A stretch of 64,000 nt of DNA from the sequence record PQ553088, one strand, 5' to 3'. Positions within the stretch are counted from its first letter, which is position 1. Every line of letters starts with the position of its first letter. Both the position numbers and the translations under genes were made by a program. A model generated the notes under the pieces. It made no database searches, had not been told where the DNA came from, and saw nothing but the letters and a program-made list of their open reading frames with translations. The stretch comes from Escherichia phage OES_C-1. This document shows positions 44,079-54,530 of the stretch, one piece after another.

Positions 44079-44186
44079 TCAAGGAGTATAAAATCCAAAT
44101 GCAGTTGTTGACCATCCCATCCAATATGGGATATTTGCGCCAATGTAAAATACAAGAATATAAAACCAAATGCTTAGTAAATTCAT
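44079..44186 (-). CDS. tiny hydrophobic peptide (35 aa)
   Basis: Not in ORF track; MNLLSIWFYILVFYIGANIPYWMGW...; start overlaps upstream stop. Confidence 0.35.
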   Translation of the reverse strand: MNLLSIWFYILVFYIGANIPYWMGWSTTAFGFYTP

Positions 44187-44404
44187 TATTTTACACCATT
44201 CCAAATTGTTTCAACCACAGATTTCAAACCATTTTGGTGAATATCCATTCCGACAACTGCCATCAAATAAATTCCAACTACAACTGAACCCAAGGCGAAA
44301 ATCAGCATGAAAATGAATAAAGCTGGAAAAATATTATCGAAAAACCATTCAATAAATGTAAAAGCACGGCGTTTACGCTTCATATTTTCCTCACATAAAT
44401 CCAA
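44186..44404 (-). CDS. small membrane protein (72 aa or shorter)
   Basis: ORF track; hydrophobic C-terminal half. Confidence 0.45.
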   Translation of the reverse strand: MDLCEENMKRKRRAFTFIEWFFDNIFPALFIFMLIFALGSVVVGIYLMAVVGMDIHQNGLKSVVETIWNGVK

Positions 44405-44504
44405 AGTAAGCGTTTAATACATCAATCATTAAAACGATTGGGAATATACTTAAAACTACTAGTATTATAACTACATTCCATATAGCTTTAACAATCTTTT
44501 TCAT
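44391..44504 (-). CDS. tiny hydrophobic peptide (37 aa)
   Basis: Internal Met MKKIVKAIWNVVIILVV... of track ORF 44391..44600, preceded by GGAGG SD; the longer form would span the upstream promoter. Confidence 0.4.
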   Translation of the reverse strand: MKKIVKAIWNVVIILVVLSIFPIVLMIDVLNAYFGFM

Positions 44505-44527
44505 TTTCTGTTCCTCCGTAGCTGATA

Positions 44528-44564
44528 GTTGTATAGTACCACAGAGGAACAGTCTTGTAAACAA
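44528..44564 (-). promoter_or_regulatory. T4 early promoter
   Basis: gtaaac 44557-44562, tatagtac 44532-44539, 17-nt spacer. Confidence 0.5.
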
Positions 44565-44568
44565 CTTT

Positions 44569-44667
44569 TTAAAAATATTCGTAATAAATGTGAATACCAA
44601 TCACTACTGCCGAAACTTGCGCAACCCACCACGCACACGCAATAAGTACAGAATTCAAAATTTTCAT
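44569..44667 (-). CDS. tiny hydrophobic peptide (32 aa)
   Basis: Not in ORF track; MKILNSVLIACAWWVAQVSAVVIG...; ATGA overlap with upstream micro-ORF. Confidence 0.35.
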   Translation of the reverse strand: MKILNSVLIACAWWVAQVSAVVIGIHIYYEYF

Positions 44668-44750
44668 AATAACCTCATCACAAAAGTAAATGTTAAACAA
44701 ATTACTGGAATACTAATTAACCAAACAAAACACCACCATAATGAACTCAT
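44664..44750 (-). CDS. tiny hydrophobic peptide (28 aa)
   Basis: Not in ORF track; MSSLWWCFVWLISIPVICLTF...; ATGA overlaps at both ends. Confidence 0.35.
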   Translation of the reverse strand: MSSLWWCFVWLISIPVICLTFTFVMRLL

Positions 44751-45010
44751 AGTTCAATCTCAATGATTTCAAGATTATTTTCTTTAATAGCTTTCTTTAA
44801 ATCATCGTAAATAAGAACTTCCCAAGAATTGTTTAAATCACCATTCAACAAACGCTCTTGTTGCAATTTATCAGTAAGATATGGTTGGTCTGATTCATAT
44901 TTAGACAATCCCAATGAAATAAATGATGTTGCATCGTCAATTTCAGAATATTGTACATGAACAAATTCACCTGTGATTTTATGTTTAACATAAAAGAATT
45001 TAAATTTCAT
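44747..45010 (-). CDS. hypothetical protein (87 aa)
   Basis: ORF track; early promoter upstream. Confidence 0.5.
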   Translation of the reverse strand: MKFKFFYVKHKITGEFVHVQYSEIDDATSFISLGLSKYESDQPYLTDKLQQERLLNGDLNNSWEVLIYDDLKKAIKENNLEIIEIEL

Positions 45011-45033
45011 TTTTGTTCCTCTGTAGTTGATAG

Positions 45034-45069
45034 TTGTATAGTACCACGGTCCTTGTAGTATGTAAACTA
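45034..45069 (-). promoter_or_regulatory. T4 early promoter
   Basis: gtaaac 45062-45067 and tatagtac 45037-45044. Confidence 0.5.
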
Positions 45070-45083
45070 GTTTATGAAATTTT

Positions 45084-45641
45084 TTAGATGGAAAGATACC
45101 ATCCGTTGTAGTTGCTTTTTCGCACTACCTTACGAAGGTCTTCTCTATCACCAATGAACTTCGGAGTGTACTGGATGACACCTGGATGAATTTCTTTAGT
45201 GTTGAATATAATTATACAGTCAGCGACTTGATGATTTAGAATGGGCCCTAGATTTATTCCAGAACCGTATGGATACTCTCCGCTGCATCCGGTTGTTACC
45301 GAAATCCAACGTGAGTCAGTTTGATGTGTTTTGACTTCTACACGAAGCCCGCAGTATTTTGGATGCGCCAGTACATCCCACGCATATGTATACGGGTCAT
45401 TAACATCCTCTTGGCCTTTGTTAACATACCCGCTTAGCCAATCTGCTACAAAAAATTCTGCGTACACAGCGATACGACATCTTTCAATAACTTCTGCTTT
45501 ATCCTGATTAGGATTTTGTTTTAAAGAGTATCTTGCTGTATCAGCAATTTTGACCTTCATTTCACTAGTCAAGTCATTGTTCGATAGGGTAAATGTCGGA
45601 ATCTGAAATAGTCTCTGTAAACCTGGATTCGTTTTCTGCAT
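45084..45641 (-). CDS. denB: endonuclease IV (cytosine-DNA specific)
   Basis: 185 aa; sequence recognised. Confidence 0.85.
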   Translation of the reverse strand: MQKTNPGLQRLFQIPTFTLSNNDLTSEMKVKIADTARYSLKQNPNQDKAEVIERCRIAVYAEFFVADWLSGYVNKGQEDVNDPYTYAWDVLAHPKYCGLRVEVKTHQTDSRWISVTTGCSGEYPYGSGINLGPILNHQVADCIIIFNTKEIHPGVIQYTPKFIGDREDLRKVVRKSNYNGWYLSI

Positions 45642-45727
45642 TTAGACTTTCCTTTTATGTCTGAATCACTGGTATTCATATAATAAATCATAATTTCTCT
45701 TAAAACAAAAGGGCCGAAGCCCTTATT

Positions 45728-45922
45728 TTATTTGAATTGTGCAATTCTTTTCTCTAGACATTCAGCATAAGATTTCATTGAGATAAACTGCGAAAGTAAC
45801 AGTTCTTGCTCAACTGCATTAACTGTTAGAAACTTTGCGCTTTCTAAAAATTTGCTCAGTGCATTAATTTTGAGCATTAATTGATCGTATTCTTCTTTTA
45901 CTCGTGCTTGATAACCTAACAT
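45728..45922 (-). CDS. hypothetical protein (64 aa)
   Basis: ORF track; flanked by CUUCGG-type hairpins at 45705-45722 and 45933-45950. Confidence 0.45.
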   Translation of the reverse strand: MLGYQARVKEEYDQLMLKINALSKFLESAKFLTVNAVEQELLLSQFISMKSYAECLEKRIAQFK

Positions 45923-45950
45923 AATTTTCCTCAGTTAAGGGCCGAAGCCC

Positions 45951-46889
45951 TTATTTAAATTGTTCAGTAACGTCTTCAACTACTTCGTATTGGCAGGTAC
46001 GCATTTTAGCGTCGTTGTAATCAATCGGAATTGATACTACATCACGCGGATGCACTTTAACTTTTACAACTCGACTGGTTGAACTACCAAAGTGACGAAT
46101 ATAAGATTTAGAACACACATGCAGACCACGAGAACAAGTTTGTGTATCATCGTCATTCACACGAGTACGCGGCATTTTAACTACTTTACCAGGACTGTTA
46201 TCAAAGGTGTTTGAGTGACAGTCAAAGTAGTTGTCACGAACTACTTTCCAAGCATAGAAGTAACCATCTTCTGTAATTTCAATATCGTTTGCTACCAAGA
46301 AATCAAAGAGTCGAGATACCGCTTTTTGGCTTGGGTTTTCCAACAGATTTTCCAAGAACGGAAAATAGAATTCAAAGTTTTCGCCTTTTTCCATCGAGTC
46401 AAGAATACGATCAACCAAACCAGATCGCAATTCAATATTTTGATAGAACAAGCTTCCACCTTCAATTCGAACATCGCCGGAAATATATTTTTCAACAGCG
46501 CGACGAACATTAATTTTTTGTGCCGCTTCTTCCAACTTATCCGCTACAAGCAGATTAAGAATTTCCTGGAAGTTTGAATGAGTATTAGGAGTTGCGTTAT
46601 AAGTTACACCATCAACAGTAATTGAAATGAATTTTTTAGATGCATTCCAAATAATGTCAGATTTAGCAATTGGAGCAATAACTACATCACTCTTAACTTC
46701 AACTGCAATGTCACCGCTAATGGTAACTTTGGAACGCTCAACTTCTTCAGCATTTTTCAAAACACGACGGATTGTGTCAACCGATACACCTTGCCAATCA
46801 GCCAATTCCTGTTGGGTATAATTACCACTTGAATACAGTTTAACAATTTCAGCTTGTTCGTTTTTGGTCAGGCATTTAATATTGTACAT
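45951..46889 (-). CDS. rIIB: rIIB protein
   Basis: 312 aa; sequence recognised. Confidence 0.9.
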   Translation of the reverse strand: MYNIKCLTKNEQAEIVKLYSSGNYTQQELADWQGVSVDTIRRVLKNAEEVERSKVTISGDIAVEVKSDVVIAPIAKSDIIWNASKKFISITVDGVTYNATPNTHSNFQEILNLLVADKLEEAAQKINVRRAVEKYISGDVRIEGGSLFYQNIELRSGLVDRILDSMEKGENFEFYFPFLENLLENPSQKAVSRLFDFLVANDIEITEDGYFYAWKVVRDNYFDCHSNTFDNSPGKVVKMPRTRVNDDDTQTCSRGLHVCSKSYIRHFGSSTSRVVKVKVHPRDVVSIPIDYNDAKMRTCQYEVVEDVTEQFK

Positions 46890-46900
46890 AATTTTCCTTA

Positions 46901-49078
46901 TTAGGCCGCAAGGGCCTTCATAGTTTTAGCGATTTGGGAAACTTCATCATCACTTAAAGAGTTGCGATAACCGATGAAGTCGGAAACAATACGGAATTTC
47001 TTGGTAAACTCAGCAACCATTTTATCACTGTTTTTTGAAGCATTATTTGATAATACATCAAAAAGATTAGTTACTGTCCAGATGTCATGACCGATGGTAT
47101 CTTTTCCACCGTTGAAATATACACCCTGTAATGAACTAACCATATTAGCGAGTCGTGTATATTCTTCAGAAACTTCATCTACACTGAAGTACTTCATCAT
47201 AAAATCTAGTTCAGGATACTTGATAATTTTATCAATATATCGTTTAGCTGAACTTGAATAACCTACATACTTATCATAATCTACATCATCAAAAGCATCT
47301 ACATATAAATCACGCAAAGTTTCAAAAATACATTGGCACTGACCAAGTTCTTTTACCTTTTTCTGCAAAAGCGGACGAATAACATAAAATTCATTAATGC
47401 CAATAAGATTAGCCATACGAATCAAAATATTCGTAGATGGATGACAAAGCGATGTAGTACCATCCATAGAGAAAATATCAGAACGATGCATGTATGCTAC
47501 ATAACCAGTAATTTCATCTGCTTCTGACGTAAGTGTAAATAGTTCCTCTTTTTCCCAGCGACCGTCTTTAATTTCAAACTTAAATGCAGTAGCAGTTTTA
47601 GGACGAGGAGCTGTACTTTTTACTGCCTTCGGAATATAACTTTTAACTAAAGCTTCAATTTCTGACAGATAATGAATGTTAACTTCATCACTTTCAAACA
47701 TTGCGATAATATCAGGAAGCAAATCAATCTGCGATTCTACTTCCGGATTAATAAACAGAAGACGCTCATTGTGATGAATATTCAAAGTGTTATTAAATTC
47801 ACTATCATCTAATGCACGTGCTAATCCACGGACAATATTAACACGATTTTTAATATTATCAATGACGATATTAATTTTTGTTGTGTTAATACCAAACAGA
47901 CGATAACTTGATGCAACGGCTGAAGTTTCATGACTTTGCTTAATGCGCTTCAGTCGAGGGTCAAGATTTACTTCATACACAACTCCTGCATTGCATAACT
48001 TACTATCAGGTTCAAACATGCTTTGCATCTTCTTATATGACAGATTTTTAGTCGTAAATTTGACTGAATTACTAATCATATAATCTCGAGCAGAATACCC
48101 CATCTTCATCAATTCACGATATGTATGACGGGGAGATGTGGATTCTTTAAATCGTTTTACATCTTCATTAAATGCTTTCTCACTGAGTTCTTTAACTCGT
48201 TCAATAATATTTTTACGAGTACGATCATCCAGTGAAAGAGCCTCGCGAGATGGAGCAATATCAAGTGAACCCATTGGAAACTTAATATAATTCACTTCAT
48301 TGCGGATGCTTAACCAGTTACGGTCTCTAATAACACCATCAATAGGATAAACAATACCACCATAGATAGCATACAATCCACCACGATCTGGCCAGTATCT
48401 TTCTGGATTTACGCCGTAATAATCATCAAAATCCGGAAAATAATCAATTTCGCGGTCAAGACCATTAATAATAGCCAAATCTTTGAATGGTCGCATGATA
48501 TAGGAAACTTCATAAGCAAAGTTTCTAAAGTCTTTTTCTTCAACCGGAACTACGATTTCAATGCCAGTTTTATCGTTTGGACCCATTTCTTTTACGAATG
48601 TAGGTTTAATCTGCGGACCGTCACCATCCATGTAAGCTACATAACCACGAATTTCACCTTTATGGTACGAAGTAATACTAAATGTATCAGTATAACTAAA
48701 CGGAGATTTAGAACCTAAACCAAATCCGCCAATGAAATCGTTGGATTCAGCCTTAGATGAACTGAAGTATGAATTATATAACCCAGGAGAATTATCATCA
48801 CCCTGAATATCAAAATCGCTCATACCCGGACCAAAATCTCGACAAACAAATCGCGGATCTAATCGTCCTGGAACTTGAATGATAAATTTTTCAGGATTTC
48901 CATTGAGAGCATGGGCGTCAATCATGTTGGTAATTAATTCACGGACTACTGCACGAATCTTGTTTGTATACAAATCAGATGACAGAATTTTAAATACTTT
49001 AGGAGATGCTGTGATGCTAAATGCTTTTGATTTAGAACCATTGCCAAGAATTGTTTCTTTTTCAGTGGTGATAATCAT
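46901..49078 (-). CDS. rIIA: rIIA protein
   Basis: 725 aa; sequence recognised. Confidence 0.9.
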   Translation of the reverse strand: MIITTEKETILGNGSKSKAFSITASPKVFKILSSDLYTNKIRAVVRELITNMIDAHALNGNPEKFIIQVPGRLDPRFVCRDFGPGMSDFDIQGDDNSPGLYNSYFSSSKAESNDFIGGFGLGSKSPFSYTDTFSITSYHKGEIRGYVAYMDGDGPQIKPTFVKEMGPNDKTGIEIVVPVEEKDFRNFAYEVSYIMRPFKDLAIINGLDREIDYFPDFDDYYGVNPERYWPDRGGLYAIYGGIVYPIDGVIRDRNWLSIRNEVNYIKFPMGSLDIAPSREALSLDDRTRKNIIERVKELSEKAFNEDVKRFKESTSPRHTYRELMKMGYSARDYMISNSVKFTTKNLSYKKMQSMFEPDSKLCNAGVVYEVNLDPRLKRIKQSHETSAVASSYRLFGINTTKINIVIDNIKNRVNIVRGLARALDDSEFNNTLNIHHNERLLFINPEVESQIDLLPDIIAMFESDEVNIHYLSEIEALVKSYIPKAVKSTAPRPKTATAFKFEIKDGRWEKEELFTLTSEADEITGYVAYMHRSDIFSMDGTTSLCHPSTNILIRMANLIGINEFYVIRPLLQKKVKELGQCQCIFETLRDLYVDAFDDVDYDKYVGYSSSAKRYIDKIIKYPELDFMMKYFSVDEVSEEYTRLANMVSSLQGVYFNGGKDTIGHDIWTVTNLFDVLSNNASKNSDKMVAEFTKKFRIVSDFIGYRNSLSDDEVSQIAKTMKALAA

Positions 49079-49088
49079 AATTTCCTCA

Positions 49089-49292
49089 TTAATTCATATT
49101 ACGCTTAATAACTTCAGCAACTTCTAGTAATTCATCTTTAGTTGCAGTGTCGGATTGAATTTTATCTCTAATATCTTTAAAGCGGTTTTTAAATTCTTCG
49201 GCTTCTCCCATATCGAAAAAGCGTTGAATGATTCTATATTCTCGATGAACTGCTTTATCAAAAAGTTCTAAATTTACTTTATATGATTTCAT
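49089..49292 (-). CDS. hypothetical protein (67 aa; rIIA.1-like position)
   Basis: ORF track; early promoter upstream (49311-49350). Confidence 0.5.
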   Translation of the reverse strand: MKSYKVNLELFDKAVHREYRIIQRFFDMGEAEEFKNRFKDIRDKIQSDTATKDELLEVAEVIKRNMN

Positions 49293-49346
49293 TTCAATAT
49301 CCTCATTTGCCCAATTAATTATACCACATCCTTGTGGTAAAGTAAA

Positions 49347-51167
49347 CTACTGGCTCATCCATTCTTTACGAAGGTCAGCATTATCTCCCATGAGCATTTC
49401 AAAAAGCTCTTTCCAGTTCTCAGGAAGTTTAACAACATCATATACTGGATTTTGAATCATCTCACGATATTCAGATTTTTCCAAAGAGCCAAGTCCTTTA
49501 ATATAACGGATGCTATGTTTAGGTAGAGCATCTTTGGCGCTCTCATATTCAGCGACTGTATAAAACCATTCTTGTTTTTTACCGACCTGTGCGATGATTA
49601 CAGGAGTTTTGACAAAGCGAATTCGTCCTTGCTCAAACAGTTCTGGCCAATTACTAAAAAATCCAAGCAGAGAAGGATAAATGCTTCCTAGACCATCATG
49701 GTCAGCATCAGTCATAATAGCAATATTATGATAATTCAAGTTTTCAGCTTTTTCACCGAGAACTAATCCAGTGATTGCGCAAATATCAAACAGTTCTTTG
49801 TTTTTAAGCATGTCAGCATATGACATGCCCCAACTGTTGAGAACTTTACCGCGCAATGGATAACCACCGTGAAGTTCTTTATCACGAACATCAATAAGAT
49901 ATCCGATAGCCGAATCACCCTCAGTCAAGAAAAGAGTAGTGTCAGCATCTTTACCACAAAGATTCGCTTTAATATGTTTATGAACCTTAGCTTTAGAGGC
50001 CTTTTTAGCTGCTTTAGTTTCAGCTGCTTTTTCTGCTGCCAATTTACGAGCCAAGGCAGCTTCAATAATTGGCATTAAAATTGCTTCATTATTTAAAATA
50101 GCACGTGAAATCTTTTTAGCATCAAGCTGAATATGACTACGAATTTCACCAAATGGAGAAGTCAAACGCTCTTTAGTTTGAGAATCAAATCGCATGTTTT
50201 TCATATCACGAACAAACATAACGATAGTCAAACATTCTTTAACACGTGCTTTAGTTACATCAATTTTGAATTTACGTTTGATTTGTGGAATAAGGTCTTC
50301 ACAAATATCATCCATAACACAGTCAATGTGATGGCCACCATTCTTAGTATGAATGTTATTGACGTACGTCAATTGACGAAAACCATCCGGTGAACGACCA
50401 ACCGCAATAGAACAGTTTTCTTGTTCTTGAACGATGGCGTGTTCATCATATTGGCGTGCATATTTCTTAAAATTACCCTGAACCTTTTTACCATTAAAGG
50501 TAAATTGAATATCAGGATAAACTACTGCAAGTGTCTGGAGACGATCTAGCGTAATGTCAAGATAAACTTGAGATAGCTCATTGGTTTCAAATGACATAAA
50601 ATCAGGAATGAAAGTAACACGAGTTCCTTTCCATTTTCCTGGAATAGTTTCCCATGATTTATTTTCCATGCCATTTGAACAACGAACTACAATATTATTT
50701 TGACCATCACCAGTTTCACCGACAAACATCACAGAAAAAATGTTTGTCAAACTAGAACCAACACCATTCATACCGCCAGTGACGCGTTCTTTATCATCAC
50801 CAAAGTTACCACCTGCTTTTGGAATAGTCCATGCAGCAACAGGACCAGGAATTTCTTCACCAGTAGGTGTTTTAACCATCGCCTGTGGAATACCGCGACC
50901 GTTATCTTCAACTGTTACTTGATTGTTTTTAATAGTAACATTAATTTTATTTGCGAATTTAAACTTAGTACGAATACCTTCATCTACTGAGTTATCGATA
51001 ATTTCATCAATAAGCTTAACAAGACCAGGTACATACTGAACACTTTCCCATTTACCAAACAGAAAGCGCTCATGCATTTCATTAGCGGAAGAGCCAATGT
51101 ACATGCCGCTACGCTTTTTGATATGTTCAATATCGCTCAGAATTTTAATTTCATTCTTAATCATCAC
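49347..51167 (-). CDS. 39: DNA topoisomerase II large subunit (GyrB-like), uninterrupted
   Basis: 606 aa in one frame; GHKL ATPase motifs (EIIDNSVDE, GMNGVGSS) and Toprim EGDSA; no gene 60 split. Confidence 0.9.
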   Translation of the reverse strand: MMIKNEIKILSDIEHIKKRSGMYIGSSANEMHERFLFGKWESVQYVPGLVKLIDEIIDNSVDEGIRTKFKFANKINVTIKNNQVTVEDNGRGIPQAMVKTPTGEEIPGPVAAWTIPKAGGNFGDDKERVTGGMNGVGSSLTNIFSVMFVGETGDGQNNIVVRCSNGMENKSWETIPGKWKGTRVTFIPDFMSFETNELSQVYLDITLDRLQTLAVVYPDIQFTFNGKKVQGNFKKYARQYDEHAIVQEQENCSIAVGRSPDGFRQLTYVNNIHTKNGGHHIDCVMDDICEDLIPQIKRKFKIDVTKARVKECLTIVMFVRDMKNMRFDSQTKERLTSPFGEIRSHIQLDAKKISRAILNNEAILMPIIEAALARKLAAEKAAETKAAKKASKAKVHKHIKANLCGKDADTTLFLTEGDSAIGYLIDVRDKELHGGYPLRGKVLNSWGMSYADMLKNKELFDICAITGLVLGEKAENLNYHNIAIMTDADHDGLGSIYPSLLGFFSNWPELFEQGRIRFVKTPVIIAQVGKKQEWFYTVAEYESAKDALPKHSIRYIKGLGSLEKSEYREMIQNPVYDVVKLPENWKELFEMLMGDNADLRKEWMSQ

Positions 51168-51233
51168 TTATCCTCGTTTGGTTTCGGGAATATTATACTC
51201 CAATAATCATAAAGCTAAAGGCCCGAAGGCCTT

Positions 51234-51503
51234 TTATTTAAAACGAATAGTTGAATCCTTAAAGAACAGCCCAGAACATACTGTTCCTTCTACTTTCTGC
51301 CCAGTAGGTCCAATAGCACGAAATCCAGTATGTTGGAAATCATTTTCAGAACAACCGAACCAGTTATATCCAGTGATTTCAATATTAGTAAAACCGCTTG
51401 AAGACAAAACTTTGGTTGCATTATCAGCATCAGTACATCCTACTAAAGACACTGCTAATACTAATGCCGCGATAGAACGATTAATATATTTCATAATTTT
51501 CAC
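51234..51503 (-). CDS. small lipoprotein (89 aa)
   Basis: Signal peptide with lipobox LVGC. Confidence 0.55.
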   Translation of the reverse strand: MKIMKYINRSIAALVLAVSLVGCTDADNATKVLSSSGFTNIEITGYNWFGCSENDFQHTGFRAIGPTGQKVEGTVCSGLFFKDSTIRFK

Positions 51504-51871
51504 TTAAATTTAATGGCTTGAAGAAGACTAATAATTCTCAAACGGCTTCTTTCATCTTTAACCGTAAATGAAAGAGGGTCGCCAGATTTCATAGTGATGG
51601 TGCATTCAAAATCAAAATCTTCTGTAACTTCTTCGAATAGGTCAAATTCTTCATCATAAATTAGAACATTACTCTGAAAACTGTGAAGAATTTTTCCATC
51701 ATTTCCAGATGCTGTACTAATCATTGTAACATTATTACCTTTCATATCTTCAACGATAAATTCGCTTGTAGATATTACATTACTAATAGAACCATTCCTA
51801 TAAATAGCAGAAAATAGATATTTCTTTTCTTCACCTTCGCGAATGCGATATTTCTTACCGATTTTAAACAT
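51500..51871 (-). CDS. hypothetical protein (123 aa)
   Basis: ORF track. Confidence 0.5.
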   Translation of the reverse strand: MFKIGKKYRIREGEEKKYLFSAIYRNGSISNVISTSEFIVEDMKGNNVTMISTASGNDGKILHSFQSNVLIYDEEFDLFEEVTEDFDFECTITMKSGDPLSFTVKDERSRLRIISLLQAIKFK

Positions 51872-51873
51872 AA

Positions 51874-52050
51874 TTATCCTTTAAGTAAGTCGTAAAATCC
51901 ACCATTCACATGCTTAGGAGCAGAAGGCCGACGAGTAGACAAACGATGACATTTAGGGCAAACATCATTTTCTCGTTCAGAAATCTTTTTAATTTTTTCA
52001 TATTCATGCCCACAATCTTCGGATTGGCATTTATAATCATACATTGGCAT
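51874..52050 (-). CDS. small zinc-ribbon protein (58 aa, FmdB-like CxxC...CxxC)
   Basis: Not in ORF track; MPMYDYKCQSEDCGHEYEKIKKISERENDVCPKCH... Confidence 0.5.
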   Translation of the reverse strand: MPMYDYKCQSEDCGHEYEKIKKISERENDVCPKCHRLSTRRPSAPKHVNGGFYDLLKG

Positions 52051-52052
52051 AA

Positions 52053-52472
52053 TTATTCCTTAAAATGTGCTTTCAACATCTGATACAAGGACCATGCCTG
52101 TTCATTATTTTCAATAGTAACTTTCATTACCGGGAATTCTGTGAAATCTTTTATTTGTTCTTGCTCTTCCTGCTCTTGTTCTTCAGCTGCCTGGTATGGA
52201 TTTTCCACTTCATCAAAGAACCCGGCTTCGTCAGTAGAAAGCCAGATAAAGTTTTCGTCAAGGATATCGCCATGTTTTGCATATCCAATTGTGCCAGTAG
52301 ATAACATAATTTTAGTAGGACGCCCAAGATAATCAGCATCTAAAATTTTAAAAGGTTCCATACCTAAACGTCGTGCATAGATTCTGTTATCAGTATGGTC
52401 TTTAATAAAATTTTCTTGAGCTTGTTTATTTTTAAATTGATACCATTTATTAACTTCAAATCTAATAGCCAT
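52053..52472 (-). CDS. hypothetical acidic protein (139 aa; possibly goF/comC-alpha-like)
   Basis: ORF track; EQEQEEQEQ acidic stretch. Confidence 0.5.
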   Translation of the reverse strand: MAIRFEVNKWYQFKNKQAQENFIKDHTDNRIYARRLGMEPFKILDADYLGRPTKIMLSTGTIGYAKHGDILDENFIWLSTDEAGFFDEVENPYQAAEEQEQEEQEQIKDFTEFPVMKVTIENNEQAWSLYQMLKAHFKE

Positions 52473-52687
52473 TAATAAATTTCCTTCCAGTAAGTTGTGC
52501 CATCTTCAGTAATTTCACGAAATACACCGTAAATTGGTTGTTTATCACCAACCTTTTCATACACATAAACCGAAGTCAAGTGAGTAAACTTGCTAGTATG
52601 TTCTTTTTGAACCACTACCAAATCTGGATCAAATAATACATCTTCAAATTCGTCATTAGTGCAGTTCTGAACAATTTTACGTTTCAT
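52472..52687 (-). CDS. hypothetical protein (71 aa)
   Basis: ORF track. Confidence 0.45.
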   Translation of the reverse strand: MKRKIVQNCTNDEFEDVLFDPDLVVVQKEHTSKFTHLTSVYVYEKVGDKQPIYGVFREITEDGTTYWKEIY

Positions 52688-52859
52688 TACAATTTCCTCA
52701 TTAATTGAACATTGGAGTGATGCGTTTCAGAAGAGTAGCAGCACCTTTGGCAAATTTTCCATTTTATTCTCCAAGTTGTTTTCTGTATCAGTAGTTGATA
52801 TTGATATAGTACCATAATCAACTACTGATGTATATAGTTTTATGAAAAAATTTTAAACT

Positions 52860-53348
52860 TTATGCATAGAGAGCTTTGCTATAATGTTTAATCCAACTTT
52901 CAGGAATGACTTTGTATGTTCCTAAAAATACCGCGTTGTACAACTTAACACCATCTTCTACCCACTGATCGGTAATGTATGCGCACATAGCACGAGTATA
53001 AACAGCCGCACCATCATCTTTGATAAATTTAAATTCATGGGGAGCAATGAACTTAATAGCCTGACCGAGTTTCCACTTAAAGTCTACACCTACATGCGAA
53101 GTATCAATCGTTTCAATTCCTTTAGCAGGAACAGCTTTCAAAAACGCAGATTCAAGAAATTTCGCACGAACATAGCCAAACTGAGGTTTAGACTTTCCAT
53201 CTTTAGGAATGATACGCACTTTTACTTCAGAATCTTCATCTTTAACGCCATGTTTAAGCTGAATGCTTACAATTTCAACTAATTTTCCTGCTGCTTTAGA
53301 ACGGGATTTATCAGATACACGAGCAATTTCACCAATATTAATAATCAT
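52860..53348 (-). CDS. motB: MotB
   Basis: 162 aa; sequence recognised. Confidence 0.8.
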   Translation of the reverse strand: MIINIGEIARVSDKSRSKAAGKLVEIVSIQLKHGVKDEDSEVKVRIIPKDGKSKPQFGYVRAKFLESAFLKAVPAKGIETIDTSHVGVDFKWKLGQAIKFIAPHEFKFIKDDGAAVYTRAMCAYITDQWVEDGVKLYNAVFLGTYKVIPESWIKHYSKALYA

Positions 53349-53424
53349 AGTTATCTCTCACTTGTTAAAAAGATTTTATACTCCACAGGACCATTATACT
53401 CTGGTCCCAAGAGTTTGTAAACTA

Positions 53425-53964
53425 TTACTTCAAAATAGCTACCACCGCACTACGAGGTACTACACTAAAATCACCTGCATGAACAACGTTCAGAAGTTCA
53501 ACACCATCTTCAATCCACTGGTCTGTTACCCAGCCACAGACCGAAATAAATGGGGTCTTGATAGCTACAGCACGAGTTAGAAGGTCAGTAGGATCGCATT
53601 CTTGGAAGAGGATGAACTCTGCTTCAAAGACTATAGTTTTAATTACTTCATCATTATCTAAGCGTTGTGCTCGAATCACGTAAGCTTTATTCTTATCATG
53701 CCAATTACTTTTTGAAAAACTTTTAACCACAAACTCGCCTTCACCAAAAACATTAGTCAATGCTTTATAACCCAAATTTAGTTCAGTAGTTTTAATTTCA
53801 GTTTCAACCAGTTTGTAGGTTTTGCCGATTTCAATAGCGGTAGTCATAGCAGGTTCCTTAATTTCCAGTGGTTTAACAGGGCATACATAAGTACTTACAA
53901 CGTCAAAATCAATCAGTTTAGCTACCGGATTTGGTGTGTATTCAGGATTATAATTAAATTTCAT
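53425..53964 (-). CDS. MotB-paralogous protein (179 aa)
   Basis: C-terminal ...VTDQWIEDGVELLNVVHAGDF parallels MotB ...ITDQWVEDGVKLYNAVFLG. Confidence 0.55.
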   Translation of the reverse strand: MKFNYNPEYTPNPVAKLIDFDVVSTYVCPVKPLEIKEPAMTTAIEIGKTYKLVETEIKTTELNLGYKALTNVFGEGEFVVKSFSKSNWHDKNKAYVIRAQRLDNDEVIKTIVFEAEFILFQECDPTDLLTRAVAIKTPFISVCGWVTDQWIEDGVELLNVVHAGDFSVVPRSAVVAILK

Positions 53965-53966
53965 AT

Positions 53967-54506
53967 TTATCTCATTTCAATAAAATCTACGAGTTCAGCA
54001 TGCGATTTGCGGAACATTACTTGGTGCCTGCCAATGATAACTTGATCATCTGGAACTTCGTATACAGCGAGATAAAATCCTTTAGAAGATAATTCTTCGC
54101 GTTCTTCTCGTGTGAACCATCTCATCATATCATATTCGCTAGCGAAAGCAAAATGATAAAGAGCTATAAACCATCCTGGAATATGATATTCTACTCCAAC
54201 ATAATCTTTCTTGAACTTAGTATTAATTACTATATTAGCGTTTTTAACTAATAGTTTATCTTCGTGTGGTAAAGGAATTCTTTTATTATCATCACTATGA
54301 TGCATAAAATTAGGTCTATCATAACCTACGTGTAATAACCACTCTTCGCTCCATGAATCTATTATACTCCTGTACGGCGTTATTTGAACACAAAGATTTC
54401 GACGTATTGTTATAGCATCTTCATAATTAAGAATACTAAAAGATGATTCAACACGATAAATTTTCATTTTATTATCCTCAGTAGCTATGGTGTTATAATA
54501 CCACAA
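53967..54506 (-). CDS. hypothetical protein (179 aa)
   Basis: ORF track. Confidence 0.5.
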   Translation of the reverse strand: MWYYNTIATEDNKMKIYRVESSFSILNYEDAITIRRNLCVQITPYRSIIDSWSEEWLLHVGYDRPNFMHHSDDNKRIPLPHEDKLLVKNANIVINTKFKKDYVGVEYHIPGWFIALYHFAFASEYDMMRWFTREEREELSSKGFYLAVYEVPDDQVIIGRHQVMFRKSHAELVDFIEMR

Positions 54507-54530
54507 CTAACCGAGGAAGTAAACAACTTT

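Noticed and set aside
49347-51167. Search for the gene 60 translational bypass (hop) element and mobA
   Set aside because: Topoisomerase subunit is a single frame; no take-off/landing hairpin arrangement or inserted endonuclease gene.
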